Assembly (NCBI GenBank): GCA_964529025.1
Contig: CAZGUZ010000002.1
Span: 6,885 to 70,884 of the forward strand
Direction: 5' to 3'
Length of the DNA stretch: 64,000 bases
Source of the DNA: an uncultured Candidatus Saccharibacteria bacterium
GTDB lineage: Bacteria > Patescibacteriota > Minisyncoccia > Phycocordibacterales > PALSA-1337
In this document: one piece after another, positions 38,409-46,398 of the stretch
Position numbering within the stretch: position 1 is the stretch's first letter
Layout of the letters: each line of letters begins with the position of its first letter
Translations under genes and position numbers: made by a program
Notes under the pieces: model-generated
Database searches by the model: none
The model's input: only the letters and a program-made list of their open reading frames with translations
What the model was told of the DNA's origin: nothing

Positions 38409-39087
38409 CAAAGCGAGTAAGTTTACGATAAAGACCAAAGAGAACAACCAATACGCCGATACCCGCAACAATGGTTATCGGTGTTATTGTTGTCAGACTG
38501 TTGAGCACAATTCCTGTTAAGCCCCACACCAGAGCGATGGAGTAACCTCGAACATCATGTGCTTTATACAATGTGAGTGCCACAACAATAAGAGCAATAC
38601 CAAGAATATATGCTCCATATAAGATATTTGATCTAGGAATATTCAAAGCCTCGCTGACAATAAGAGTTGTTGCAAGGGTAATCCAGCCAGCATATAAACC
38701 AACGGGAAGACTTACAAACCAAACATACACAGCATCATTTCTGTGTTCATTCAAATGCCATAGTGCTCTGTATGCAGTTGCAACCGTAACAAGAGCTACG
38801 CCAATCTGTAGCCAATCAATATTAAATTTGAAAATATAACTCCAGAGCCCTGCAAGAAACAGTGAGCCGAGGAACCACGGTCGCACACCATATATATGGT
38901 AATGCTCACGCCAGCGCATACGTAACTGCAAAAAAGCAAAACCAATTACCCCAGCATAAATCGGTAGCCAGATTGAAAACATAAGTGGCAAAGGTGTAAT
39001 TAATTTAATTGAATTACTCCCCGTAAAGTCTGCAGTGAGTCCTAAAATCGTTGCGATTATGAGACCGAGAAAATATATGATGTGCAT
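38395..39087 (-). CDS. Hypothetical polytopic membrane protein (Trp-rich, ~7 TM)
   Basis: Hydrophobic throughout with no catalytic motif recognised. Confidence 0.5.
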   Translation of the reverse strand: MHIIYFLGLIIATILGLTADFTGSNSIKLITPLPLMFSIWLPIYAGVIGFAFLQLRMRWREHYHIYGVRPWFLGSLFLAGLWSYIFKFNIDWLQIGVALVTVATAYRALWHLNEHRNDAVYVWFVSLPVGLYAGWITLATTLIVSEALNIPRSNILYGAYILGIALIVVALTLYKAHDVRGYSIALVWGLTGIVLNSLTTITPITIVAGIGVLVVLFGLYRKLTRFAIFD

Positions 39088-39155
39088 GTATATATAGTAT
39101 CACACCTTTACTTATCATCATTTTTGTGATATTTATTGATTAGAGAAAGGATCCT

Positions 39156-39659
39156 ATGATAACAGAGAAAGAAGTAAAAGATTTGTGCAGAACTGCACTA
39201 GGCTTGCACATGATAAGTGTGGGACGCTTGCCTGACCCCTATAGATACAGCTCAAGGGGGATCCGTCAGCACGGAGCTCAAACAGCAGGCGCCATCGTTA
39301 CCCTTGTGGTGATCTGGCTTGTCTTTCGAGCCGGCCTTGCACCACAAATGTTGTGTTTCATTTGTGGGATGATTGGGTTAGTCTATGCGGGCTACAACCT
39401 TTTCTGCCTGCTCTCTGAAACCATGAGTCGCCGAGCCGCGTATCGTGCTTGGCACGGCATGGTCGAGCTTAAGCACTTACTTATGCGGCACAAGCTCGAC
39501 TCTGAGTTCACGGCAAGCGTGTCCCGTGAAGAAATCCAGAAAGTTTTTCGAGAGTGGAGAGAACAGCACAGGCAAGACACAAGAACTCGCGCCAAGATAA
39601 AAGCAGACTTTGGCGACCACTTCGAAGTTCTTGTTCAAGAACTGTTCCCTCCCAGGTAG
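39156..39659 (+). CDS. Hypothetical 2-TM protein encoded by a GC-rich segment with its own terminator
   Basis: The ORF has clearly higher GC than the flanks and is followed by the hairpin ccggcgccttgtgcgccgg plus T-run. Confidence 0.5.
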   Translation: MITEKEVKDLCRTALGLHMISVGRLPDPYRYSSRGIRQHGAQTAGAIVTLVVIWLVFRAGLAPQMLCFICGMIGLVYAGYNLFCLLSETMSRRAAYRAWHGMVELKHLLMRHKLDSEFTASVSREEIQKVFREWREQHRQDTRTRAKIKADFGDHFEVLVQELFPPR

Positions 39660-39685
39660 GACGATTTATTCGTCTTACTCAACAC

Positions 39686-39713
39686 ACCGGCGCCTTGTGC
39701 GCCGGCTTTTTTT
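39686..39713 (+). terminator. Rho-independent terminator after 39156..39659
   Basis: The sequence caccggcgccttgtgcgccggcttttttta forms a hairpin with a T-run. Confidence 0.65.
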
Positions 39714-39737
39714 ATTTATATACAATATACTGCAAAC

Positions 39738-39764
39738 AAAAAAACCACTTGCGTGGTTTTTTTT
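39738..39764 (-). terminator. Rho-independent terminator (minus-strand sense; A-run/T-run flanked, possibly bidirectional)
   Basis: The sequence aaaaaaaccacttgcgtggtttttttt forms a hairpin and ends the minus-strand gene run 40302..39769. Confidence 0.6.
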
Positions 39765-39768
39765 ACTA

Positions 39769-39861
39769 CTATCTTCGCTTTGTAGTCTTCTTTGCTTTCT
39801 TAGTTGTCTTCTTTGCAACTTTCTTCTTAGAAGTCTTTTTTGAAACTTTTTTCTTTGCCAT
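39769..39861 (-). CDS. Possible 30-aa lysine-rich peptide MAKKKVSKKTSKKKVAKKTTKKAKKTTKRR (not in ORF track; speculative)
   Basis: An ATG-started ORF ending 5 nt before the terminator hairpin. No SD was found, so coding status is uncertain. Confidence 0.2.
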   Translation of the reverse strand: MAKKKVSKKTSKKKVAKKTTKKAKKTTKRR

Positions 39862-39993
39862 GTGGAGGAAATTAAATTTATAATGTAAACCTCTGTAAGT
39901 ATAGCACCTACAAAGTTTTTAAATATATTTTTTTACAAAAAAAGTGGACAACTCAAGAAAAATATTTGTGTTAAATTATTTTTTTCTAAAACT

Positions 39994-40275
39994 TTACCCT
40001 TGCGCTAACTCTAACTTTTTATTTCGTGATAATTTTTTTATTTCTGCTTCGCGTTTAAGTGCGCTACTTCTATTTTTTGTTGGCTCTATGAAAAGTATCT
40101 TTTGTGGTGGAGCTGATCGTGTAAAACGAGCACCTTTCCCTGCTACGTGTTGTGTATAGCGCCGTTCAACATTTGTAGTTATACCCGTATAAATTTGATT
40201 ACGTGCGCAAAGAAGCATGTATACAAAGTATTTATCTTTACTCGCTTTTTTGCCAACTTTTTTACTTGTACTCAT
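39994..40275 (-). CDS. GIY-YIG nuclease-domain protein (small, UPF0213-like)
   Basis: Contains KYFVYMLLCARNQIYTGITTNVERRYTQH, which matches the GIY-(10-11)-YIG and Arg/Glu core of GIY-YIG domains. Confidence 0.75.
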   Translation of the reverse strand: MSTSKKVGKKASKDKYFVYMLLCARNQIYTGITTNVERRYTQHVAGKGARFTRSAPPQKILFIEPTKNRSSALKREAEIKKLSRNKKLELAQG

Positions 40276-40301
40276 GTACTTATCTTAGAAACGTATATGT
40301 A

Positions 40302-42752
40302 TTATTCGCTTATCCCTTGTAATTGCTGAGCTTTTTTATATGATAGCGGACCAAAGGTTCCAGTTCCTGTTGTGTGGCCAAGTGGGGCAAGTATGTCTGC
40401 ACTATAAGCCTCTTGATAACGCTTAACAGCTAAGTATGTTCGCACTGAATATAAATCAGTTTCATTTCCCAAAGAGCCTGGACCAGAGCGAGCAAGGTTA
40501 AATCCTAAACAATTCAAATACTTTTGTAGTCTTTGTACATCCTCACCTTTCATTCCTGAACGAAGTGTGCGATTAAGTGCGCCAAGCTTACATGAGGCAC
40601 TTACATTATGCTGAACATTTTGCTCAACACTAGGTTGCGCCACACTTTGTGCTACTTTTTGCACACTAGCCACTTGTGGCCATTCTTGCTGCAAGCGATC
40701 TGCTTCTTGTGACAAACCGAGGCGATTAAGATTTTGTATACGCTCGCGAACCGACGTCACTGAACGACTTCCTGTTTGTGCAGCTGACACTGGCGCTGTG
40801 CCGTACAAAGCAAAAACTGAAAAGTGAGGCGCTGTGCAACTTACTTGATTAAGACCAGTATTTACTGAACATGCATCAAGTTGCGACCAAGTTCCCGATC
40901 GATAGTGGTAGAGCGTAATTGTATTTTCATCGAGACCCTGAACATCGGCATCTGTATACGTATACGTAATTGTCACAGGAGTATTGAACGATTCAAGAAT
41001 GGTTGTGCCGTCGATAAGAGCGGTGACTTCAAATACAACAAGAGCGGCGCGCTCCTTATCAGCAGTAGCGTCACCAATTCCCGACAAAACATCTGCAGCT
41101 GGCAAAGCTTTGATCTGAATAACGATAGAAGATGACGATGCTGTAACAAACTCTGGTACCTCTACAGTAAACGTTCTGCCATCATCAACAAACTCTATTG
41201 TTGATGTAGCATCGGTACTTACCGTCGTCGTAGTTGCTGCCGTTGGAGTCTGACTTGCAGGACAACCAAGAGTTGTAATTGCCGTTGTCGATGTTGCGGT
41301 ATTGCCCGTTGCGTCTCTTGATACAAGATCGAGTGTGTATGCAATACACGGAACTAATGAAGAAAGAGTAACTTCATGTTCTGTCACACGCGTAGAAGTA
41401 TTAATTTCTGGTGTTGAAGAGCTCACCCCAGGACCAACTTGAAACCAAACCTTAGAAGAAGCGAGCTCATTTGTATTCCATGTCACAATTGCCGAAGTTG
41501 TAGCAATTTCAGTTGCCACATTTGTTATTACTGGAGCTGTTGTATCTGATGTTGTTAAACGCCATTCTGAGCTTTCGGTAATTCCAGCAAAGTTATTACT
41601 CGAAGCATCACGCAAAGCGCCGTTCGGAATAATAACGTAGAGTTGAGTACCCTCAGGTAAGTTTACTGTTGGATTAATGGTAATTTGTGTTGTACCTCCA
41701 CCTGTTACTGCTCCACTTGTTACATCGATAGTTTCTACAGTACTGTCGTCTGATACTTTCTTAATAAGAATATTACCCGAGTTTGGACTTACTGCTTTAC
41801 TCAAAGTAATAACCAAATTTGTTGAAGAACTTACGAGGGTTGCGCCATTCACCGGCGACAGTGTTGCCACAGCAGGAACATCAGCAGTTACCACAGAAAT
41901 TGTTGTAGCAACTACGGTAGGCAGATTCCCCGGTGTACCAAATTCTGCAACGTATCCAGAAAGATTATTACTTGTACAATTTAGGTCGTTCCATTTAGTG
42001 GTAGAAATATAAAATTGAATACAATCTTCACCAGGAGTACCATTCAGCCAGTCATTAGGCTCACCCGAGCTCCAGTTTGCATATTGTCCAGGAGCAGCCG
42101 AACCACCAGAGGCACCTGTCCAGAACAATGTACCCGATTCAGGTCCTGTAACCCAACGCCACTGCCCTTCGGTTCCTTCATCACTACCACCAACCCAACC
42201 ATCACCCTGCAAACGTGCAGCCACGAAATCATTCTCTGCCTGAGAAGTAATTGTTGCCAAGTAGCCACTTACACCGTATGCAGACTGTGTTGCAGCTTGA
42301 GTCCGTGCATTAAGAGCATTAATACTACCCGTTATGAATTTATACAAATGACCATTGTCAGGAAAAAATACTTCCCCAGGTTCAACCAAAGAGACTTCAA
42401 GTGTGTCAGTGCCGGTGCTTGCGCGCGAATATTTAAGTGTAGCTAAAGCGTTATTAATGTTTGCTACAGTTCCATTAAAACTCACTGTTGTTCCAGAACT
42501 TGGACCGCTAAAAGTAAGGCCCGTAGTAGAAGTCATCGATAGAGTTCCGTATGTTGAACGCAAACGAACCGGCGTTGTTGAAGCAGAAGGTCCAACAATT
42601 TGAAAACCAGTAATTGATGTAGCCACACTTGGTGTCGTTGTTGCATTGTCACCACTTTGAAGTGTAAGGGCCGCTTGTGCATATGAAGCATACCCCAGGA
42701 GGAGCATACTATAAAATACTGTACTCAGAAGAAAGCCGAGTCCTTTTTTCAT
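40302..42752 (-). CDS. Secreted surface protein: C-type lectin domain (EPN and WND motifs) + Ig-like repeats + C-terminal peptidoglycan-binding domain
   Basis: Signal peptide at the N-terminus. The CTLD reads GYLATITSQAENDF...WVGGSDEGTEGQWRWV...YANWSSGEPNDWL...EDCIQF...KWNDLNC. The C-terminus carries a GEDVQRLQKYLNCLGF PG_binding_1-like repeat. Confidence 0.75.
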   Translation of the reverse strand: MKKGLGFLLSTVFYSMLLLGYASYAQAALTLQSGDNATTTPSVATSITGFQIVGPSASTTPVRLRSTYGTLSMTSTTGLTFSGPSSGTTVSFNGTVANINNALATLKYSRASTGTDTLEVSLVEPGEVFFPDNGHLYKFITGSINALNARTQAATQSAYGVSGYLATITSQAENDFVAARLQGDGWVGGSDEGTEGQWRWVTGPESGTLFWTGASGGSAAPGQYANWSSGEPNDWLNGTPGEDCIQFYISTTKWNDLNCTSNNLSGYVAEFGTPGNLPTVVATTISVVTADVPAVATLSPVNGATLVSSSTNLVITLSKAVSPNSGNILIKKVSDDSTVETIDVTSGAVTGGGTTQITINPTVNLPEGTQLYVIIPNGALRDASSNNFAGITESSEWRLTTSDTTAPVITNVATEIATTSAIVTWNTNELASSKVWFQVGPGVSSSTPEINTSTRVTEHEVTLSSLVPCIAYTLDLVSRDATGNTATSTTAITTLGCPASQTPTAATTTTVSTDATSTIEFVDDGRTFTVEVPEFVTASSSSIVIQIKALPAADVLSGIGDATADKERAALVVFEVTALIDGTTILESFNTPVTITYTYTDADVQGLDENTITLYHYRSGTWSQLDACSVNTGLNQVSCTAPHFSVFALYGTAPVSAAQTGSRSVTSVRERIQNLNRLGLSQEADRLQQEWPQVASVQKVAQSVAQPSVEQNVQHNVSASCKLGALNRTLRSGMKGEDVQRLQKYLNCLGFNLARSGPGSLGNETDLYSVRTYLAVKRYQEAYSADILAPLGHTTGTGTFGPLSYKKAQQLQGISE

Positions 42753-42819
42753 AAGTATAGTATACCACCAGTTAAACTTCTTTTGTGCTAGAGTTGTTCA
42801 ACTTTTCGCATATATCGCT

Positions 42820-43563
42820 CTATCTTCTTCCGCGAATCTTACTAATAAGTCGGAGTACTTCGATATACAACCAGACAAGAGTAACAAGGAGTCCGAAACT
42901 TGCATACCACTCCATGTATTTTACAAAGCCTTGCTCGACACTTCGTTCAATAAAGTCAAAATCAAGAATCAAATTAAGAGCAGCAATTCCTGCTACAAAT
43001 AATGTAAATAGGATTCCGTAAATTGAATTGCTATTTATAAGTGGAAGGTCGCCACCAAAGAACATGAAAACAAGGTTAAGTACGTAGTAAATTGCAATAC
43101 CTGCTGTGGCAAAAATTATTACCTTTGCAAACCTTTGCGTTACACGAATTAACTTAAATTTATATGCAAAGAGCATTCCTACAAAAATACTCACAGTTAC
43201 GAGCACAGCTTGTACGACAATACCTTCGTACTGACTTTCAAAAATTCGTGAGATGATTCCCAAAACACACCCTTCAACAATAGCGTAAATTGGAGCAAGT
43301 ACTGGTGCCGTATGCTTTTTCCAAATAATAATCAAAGCAAGGATGAGACCTACAATGATCGATGCGAATAAAACAATAATTCCATATGCATGATGCGCAA
43401 ATGTCCAACTCGTGATTCCTGAGGCTATAACCAAAGCAAGGAGTATTGCTGACTTTGATATAACACCATTAAGTGTCATTTTTTCACCTTCGAGAGTTGC
43501 GACTTCTTGATTAAAAGCTTTTTCTGTCAAAACAGGGCTTTGTGTCTGATTCGTATTGTTCAT
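42820..43563 (-). CDS. Bax-inhibitor-1/YccA-family membrane protein (7 TM)
   Basis: A 248-aa protein starting at the internal Met MNNTNQ of the longer tracked ORF, with 7 hydrophobic helices and a charged C-terminus (KIRGRR) typical of the BI-1 family. Confidence 0.65.
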   Translation of the reverse strand: MNNTNQTQSPVLTEKAFNQEVATLEGEKMTLNGVISKSAILLALVIASGITSWTFAHHAYGIIVLFASIIVGLILALIIIWKKHTAPVLAPIYAIVEGCVLGIISRIFESQYEGIVVQAVLVTVSIFVGMLFAYKFKLIRVTQRFAKVIIFATAGIAIYYVLNLVFMFFGGDLPLINSNSIYGILFTLFVAGIAALNLILDFDFIERSVEQGFVKYMEWYASFGLLVTLVWLYIEVLRLISKIRGRR

Positions 43564-43597
43564 ATACTTAGTATATACGAGCCAACTATATACAACA

Positions 43598-43625
43598 AAC
43601 CGCCCCGAAGGGCGGTCTTTTTGAT
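43598..43625. terminator. Terminator-like GC hairpin (accgccc-cgaa-gggcggt) with flanking T-runs
   Basis: The sequence aaccgccccgaagggcggtcttttt sits between two minus-strand genes. Confidence 0.45.
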
Positions 43626-43666
43626 TGGGCATATAGTGATGTTTGGCATCACTACGCCCGAGCGAG

Positions 43667-44302
43667 CTACTTGCCCTCCATGGCGAGGGCGAGGTAACTG
43701 GGAGATTTGACGATTTCCTCGACCTTGATGTTAAGGATACCGGAAAGGACACGGAGAAGCGCCTGCTCAAGAGCAGGAACTTCGTCCTTGTTTTCGGTAA
43801 CGACCTCGGCTTCGATAAAAAATCGAGCACTTCCACCTCGGGTAAGTGTGACCTGATCGAGTGCGATCGTAACATCGCGCCCATCAAGACCAAGACCAAA
43901 AGTTTGCAAGCTGTACTCATCCCTCTTCTTATTGATATCACGCTTGGGTAGCGTTGGCCAAGAATGTCCAGCAAACTCGTAATGCTGGGCAGCGGTATGT
44001 TTAGCCTTAGCCTCAGCACGAGTCCAAACTCCACCAGCGAGAACCCACTCCTTGGTGGTAATGTCGTAGATGGGTTCAACCGTACCGTTATACCGGTTTA
44101 TCGTTCTATCAAGCCGAAGCCTGACAAACGAATAGTCAATCCTTCCACCAATGGTGACAGGAACGACAAACAGATACGCATCATAGGTTTCGAGTGTCAC
44201 ATCAGACAGCACGGCGCCGAATTCAACAAGTCGGCGATCGAGTGTTGCCCACACACTTGCAGTTAACTCTACTTTCACTTCCACCTCATATCTTTCACTC
44301 AT
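43667..44302 (-). CDS. CYTH-like domain protein (triphosphate tunnel metalloenzyme / class IV adenylyl cyclase-like)
   Basis: The N-terminal YEVEVKVEL fits the ExExK signature of CYTH domains. Later acidic/basic pairs and the ~210-aa length are consistent with this fold. GC is elevated relative to the flanks. Confidence 0.5.
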   Translation of the reverse strand: MSERYEVEVKVELTASVWATLDRRLVEFGAVLSDVTLETYDAYLFVVPVTIGGRIDYSFVRLRLDRTINRYNGTVEPIYDITTKEWVLAGGVWTRAEAKAKHTAAQHYEFAGHSWPTLPKRDINKKRDEYSLQTFGLGLDGRDVTIALDQVTLTRGGSARFFIEAEVVTENKDEVPALEQALLRVLSGILNIKVEEIVKSPSYLALAMEGK

Positions 44303-44351
44303 ATATATACCTCCTCACACACATTAGCGTTTTGGGGGTATATGTCAAGAT

Positions 44352-44382
44352 GATACAAAACAAAACTGCCCTTAGGGCAGTT
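44352..44382. terminator. Terminator hairpin (aaactgccc-tta-gggcagttt)
   Basis: The sequence caaaactgcccttagggcagtttgtcattt lies downstream of minus gene 44438..44887. Confidence 0.5.
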
Positions 44383-44437
44383 TGTCATTTACTATGAATC
44401 ACTCGTCGCCTAAAGCGACCTCTATACCGATCCTCTC

Positions 44438-44887
44438 CTAAGCAAACAAAACTGCGAGGAAAGCAATTACAAGAATAGTTACAAGACTTGAAAGTGTGTC
44501 AGAGAAGAATTTTTTCCAAACAATTGAGCGGTCAACATTGCTCCACAAAAGACCTGATCCCATTGTTGGCACCACAAAACATAGCCAGTTGAAAACTGGA
44601 AAAGCTACAGCCATTCCTACTGACAAACCGTTCGTTAAACTCATCTGAACCATAAAGACAACTGCGAATGCTGTAAGAAATGACAATCCCATCTGTGCGC
44701 CGTATACCTTGGGCATTTGTGGCTTAGCTTCAGCAATCTTTTGCTGCTGTTCTTCGCGACTCAAAGCATCGAAACCAAGAGATTTCATGTGGAGCTTTCC
44801 CATGGGTGTTGCTCCTGAATACCACACTGTTCCAATAACTGCTGCCAAGACTGCACCAACTACCGAAAGGATAAGTATTGTTATCAT
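44438..44887 (-). CDS. Hypothetical 4-TM membrane protein (DUF1761-like)
   Basis: Hydrophobic helices with an amphipathic central region. Family assignment is tentative. Confidence 0.5.
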   Translation of the reverse strand: MITILILSVVGAVLAAVIGTVWYSGATPMGKLHMKSLGFDALSREEQQQKIAEAKPQMPKVYGAQMGLSFLTAFAVVFMVQMSLTNGLSVGMAVAFPVFNWLCFVVPTMGSGLLWSNVDRSIVWKKFFSDTLSSLVTILVIAFLAVLFA

Positions 44888-44982
44888 ATATTTATTTTAT
44901 TACCCCAATAATATCATGTTTGGTGCAACTGAGGAATTAGAGTACCCCATTAAAAAGCACGCTCTTTCGAGCGTGCTTTGTA

Positions 44983-45780
44983 TTAGTGCAAAGATACGGG
45001 GTTATGCAACACTGCTGCACCGGCTTTAATGAAGCACCTGATTCGCCCCGTGGTATGGATACAAATGAATGTTCCAGCACTTGCGGCGTATCGCCCGAGC
45101 ACCATGAATTCAGCAATACTTTTGGTAATTGCGCGGCTCAGAAACCGCATATCGATACTCCGACGAATGCAATATTCTTGCCGTTCGGGAGTAAGCGCGC
45201 GCACGAGTGGCCGAAACAATTCTGAAGAAATACTCATTTCTTCTTTCATCTTTTCTTCGGCAACGCTAATGGTTGGCATATACCTGTCCATTTCTTGGAC
45301 ACTGTAACGACTACCCTGCAGACCTGAGCGAGTTCGCGCAATCATATCGAGCACTGCATGACGGTCGCTCTCGGTTTGTTTCTTTCCGTATGTGGCAAAC
45401 AAGAACACCACACTATGTACCGGAATAATTGCATGGACCTTATCAAGAAAGTCCACGTGTTGTTGAATGATAGTAGGTAGCCCATCTGTATGAGCAATAC
45501 CACTTCGATCAAGACATACGGGGCAAATAATGCGTATTCCAGCATTATCACCACGAATGTTTGATTGCACCAAAGAATGACCGATATTGATAAGAGCCTT
45601 TCGGCTAATTGACCAATACCCCGTCAGTTCAATGAGTTGCATGAGTGTGGTTTGCACGCTCTGCAACTGTTCCTGATCAAGATGCTTGGAAGCACCTCGC
45701 GCAATTGCTGTCATGATGCGGCGCCAATTAAGGCTCGCACCTTGCAGCTTTTCGATATTTCTACCGTATTCTGTGTTCAT
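44983..45780 (-). CDS. Hypothetical protein (265 aa), moderately GC-rich, no recognised motifs
   Basis: A long ORF whose composition differs from the surroundings. It contains a CPVC pair and a Gly-rich C-terminal segment. Confidence 0.5.
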   Translation of the reverse strand: MNTEYGRNIEKLQGASLNWRRIMTAIARGASKHLDQEQLQSVQTTLMQLIELTGYWSISRKALINIGHSLVQSNIRGDNAGIRIICPVCLDRSGIAHTDGLPTIIQQHVDFLDKVHAIIPVHSVVFLFATYGKKQTESDRHAVLDMIARTRSGLQGSRYSVQEMDRYMPTISVAEEKMKEEMSISSELFRPLVRALTPERQEYCIRRSIDMRFLSRAITKSIAEFMVLGRYAASAGTFICIHTTGRIRCFIKAGAAVLHNPVSLH

Positions 45781-45810
45781 ATAAAGAGCAAAGAGCCATT
45801 TTTTATAACA

Positions 45811-45840
45811 AAAAACTGGCTCCGTATGGAACCAGTTTTA
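45811..45840. terminator. Terminator-like hairpin (aactgg..ccagtt) flanked by A/T runs
   Basis: The sequence aaaaaactggctccgtatggaaccagtttta forms a hairpin with flanking A/T runs. Confidence 0.4.
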
Positions 45841-46016
45841 ATGTTGTACAAGACCGTATCGAGTACCTACCAACAAAAAACTGGTTCGAGCGGGCTCTGC
45901 CAATAATTAAGTGATGGGTTGTGTGAAATAAAATATTTCATTTGTTGCATTTATACTAGCAAAATTATTTTTATGTGTAAAATGCGAGTGCTTTTATTGT
46001 GACGAATTTCTATAGA

Positions 46017-46391
46017 CTAATTTCCAAACCACGAACGCTGCCAATTTTGCATATCAGCTATTTCTTTATTTTGCGCAGTAATTATTGCCTGAGAAAGTTC
46101 GCGTATTTCTTTGCGTTCCGAGCTCTTAAGAGCGAGTTCGGCCATTTGCACAGCACCTTGATGATGCACAATCATTTCCGAAATAAATGCTTTATCAAAA
46201 TCATTTCCCTTTTTACCTTCAAGGGCGGCATTCATTGAATGCATCATATCAGTCATACTCATAGTGTGCGGAATCGATGTATGCATATAATTCGCCGAGC
46301 CAAAAAGGTTTTGTGCAAGAAATCCTACAGCCAAACCAATAACCAAACAGATTGCGCCGACTAAATATGTTGTTGAGGATGTTGTGTTCAT
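46017..46391 (-). CDS. DUF305-family protein (membrane-anchored, His-rich helical domain)
   Basis: Contains DKAFISEMIVHHQGAVQMAELAL, which resembles the DUF305 core, plus an N-terminal TM. Confidence 0.6.
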   Translation of the reverse strand: MNTTSSTTYLVGAICLVIGLAVGFLAQNLFGSANYMHTSIPHTMSMTDMMHSMNAALEGKKGNDFDKAFISEMIVHHQGAVQMAELALKSSERKEIRELSQAIITAQNKEIADMQNWQRSWFGN

Positions 46392-46398
46392 AATTGTA

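Noticed and set aside
39554-39883. 109-aa plus-strand ORF spanning two terminators
   Set aside because: It runs straight through two back-to-back intrinsic terminator hairpins and into the poly-Lys-encoding antisense region, with a Phe-rich low-complexity tail. This is not plausible coding sequence.
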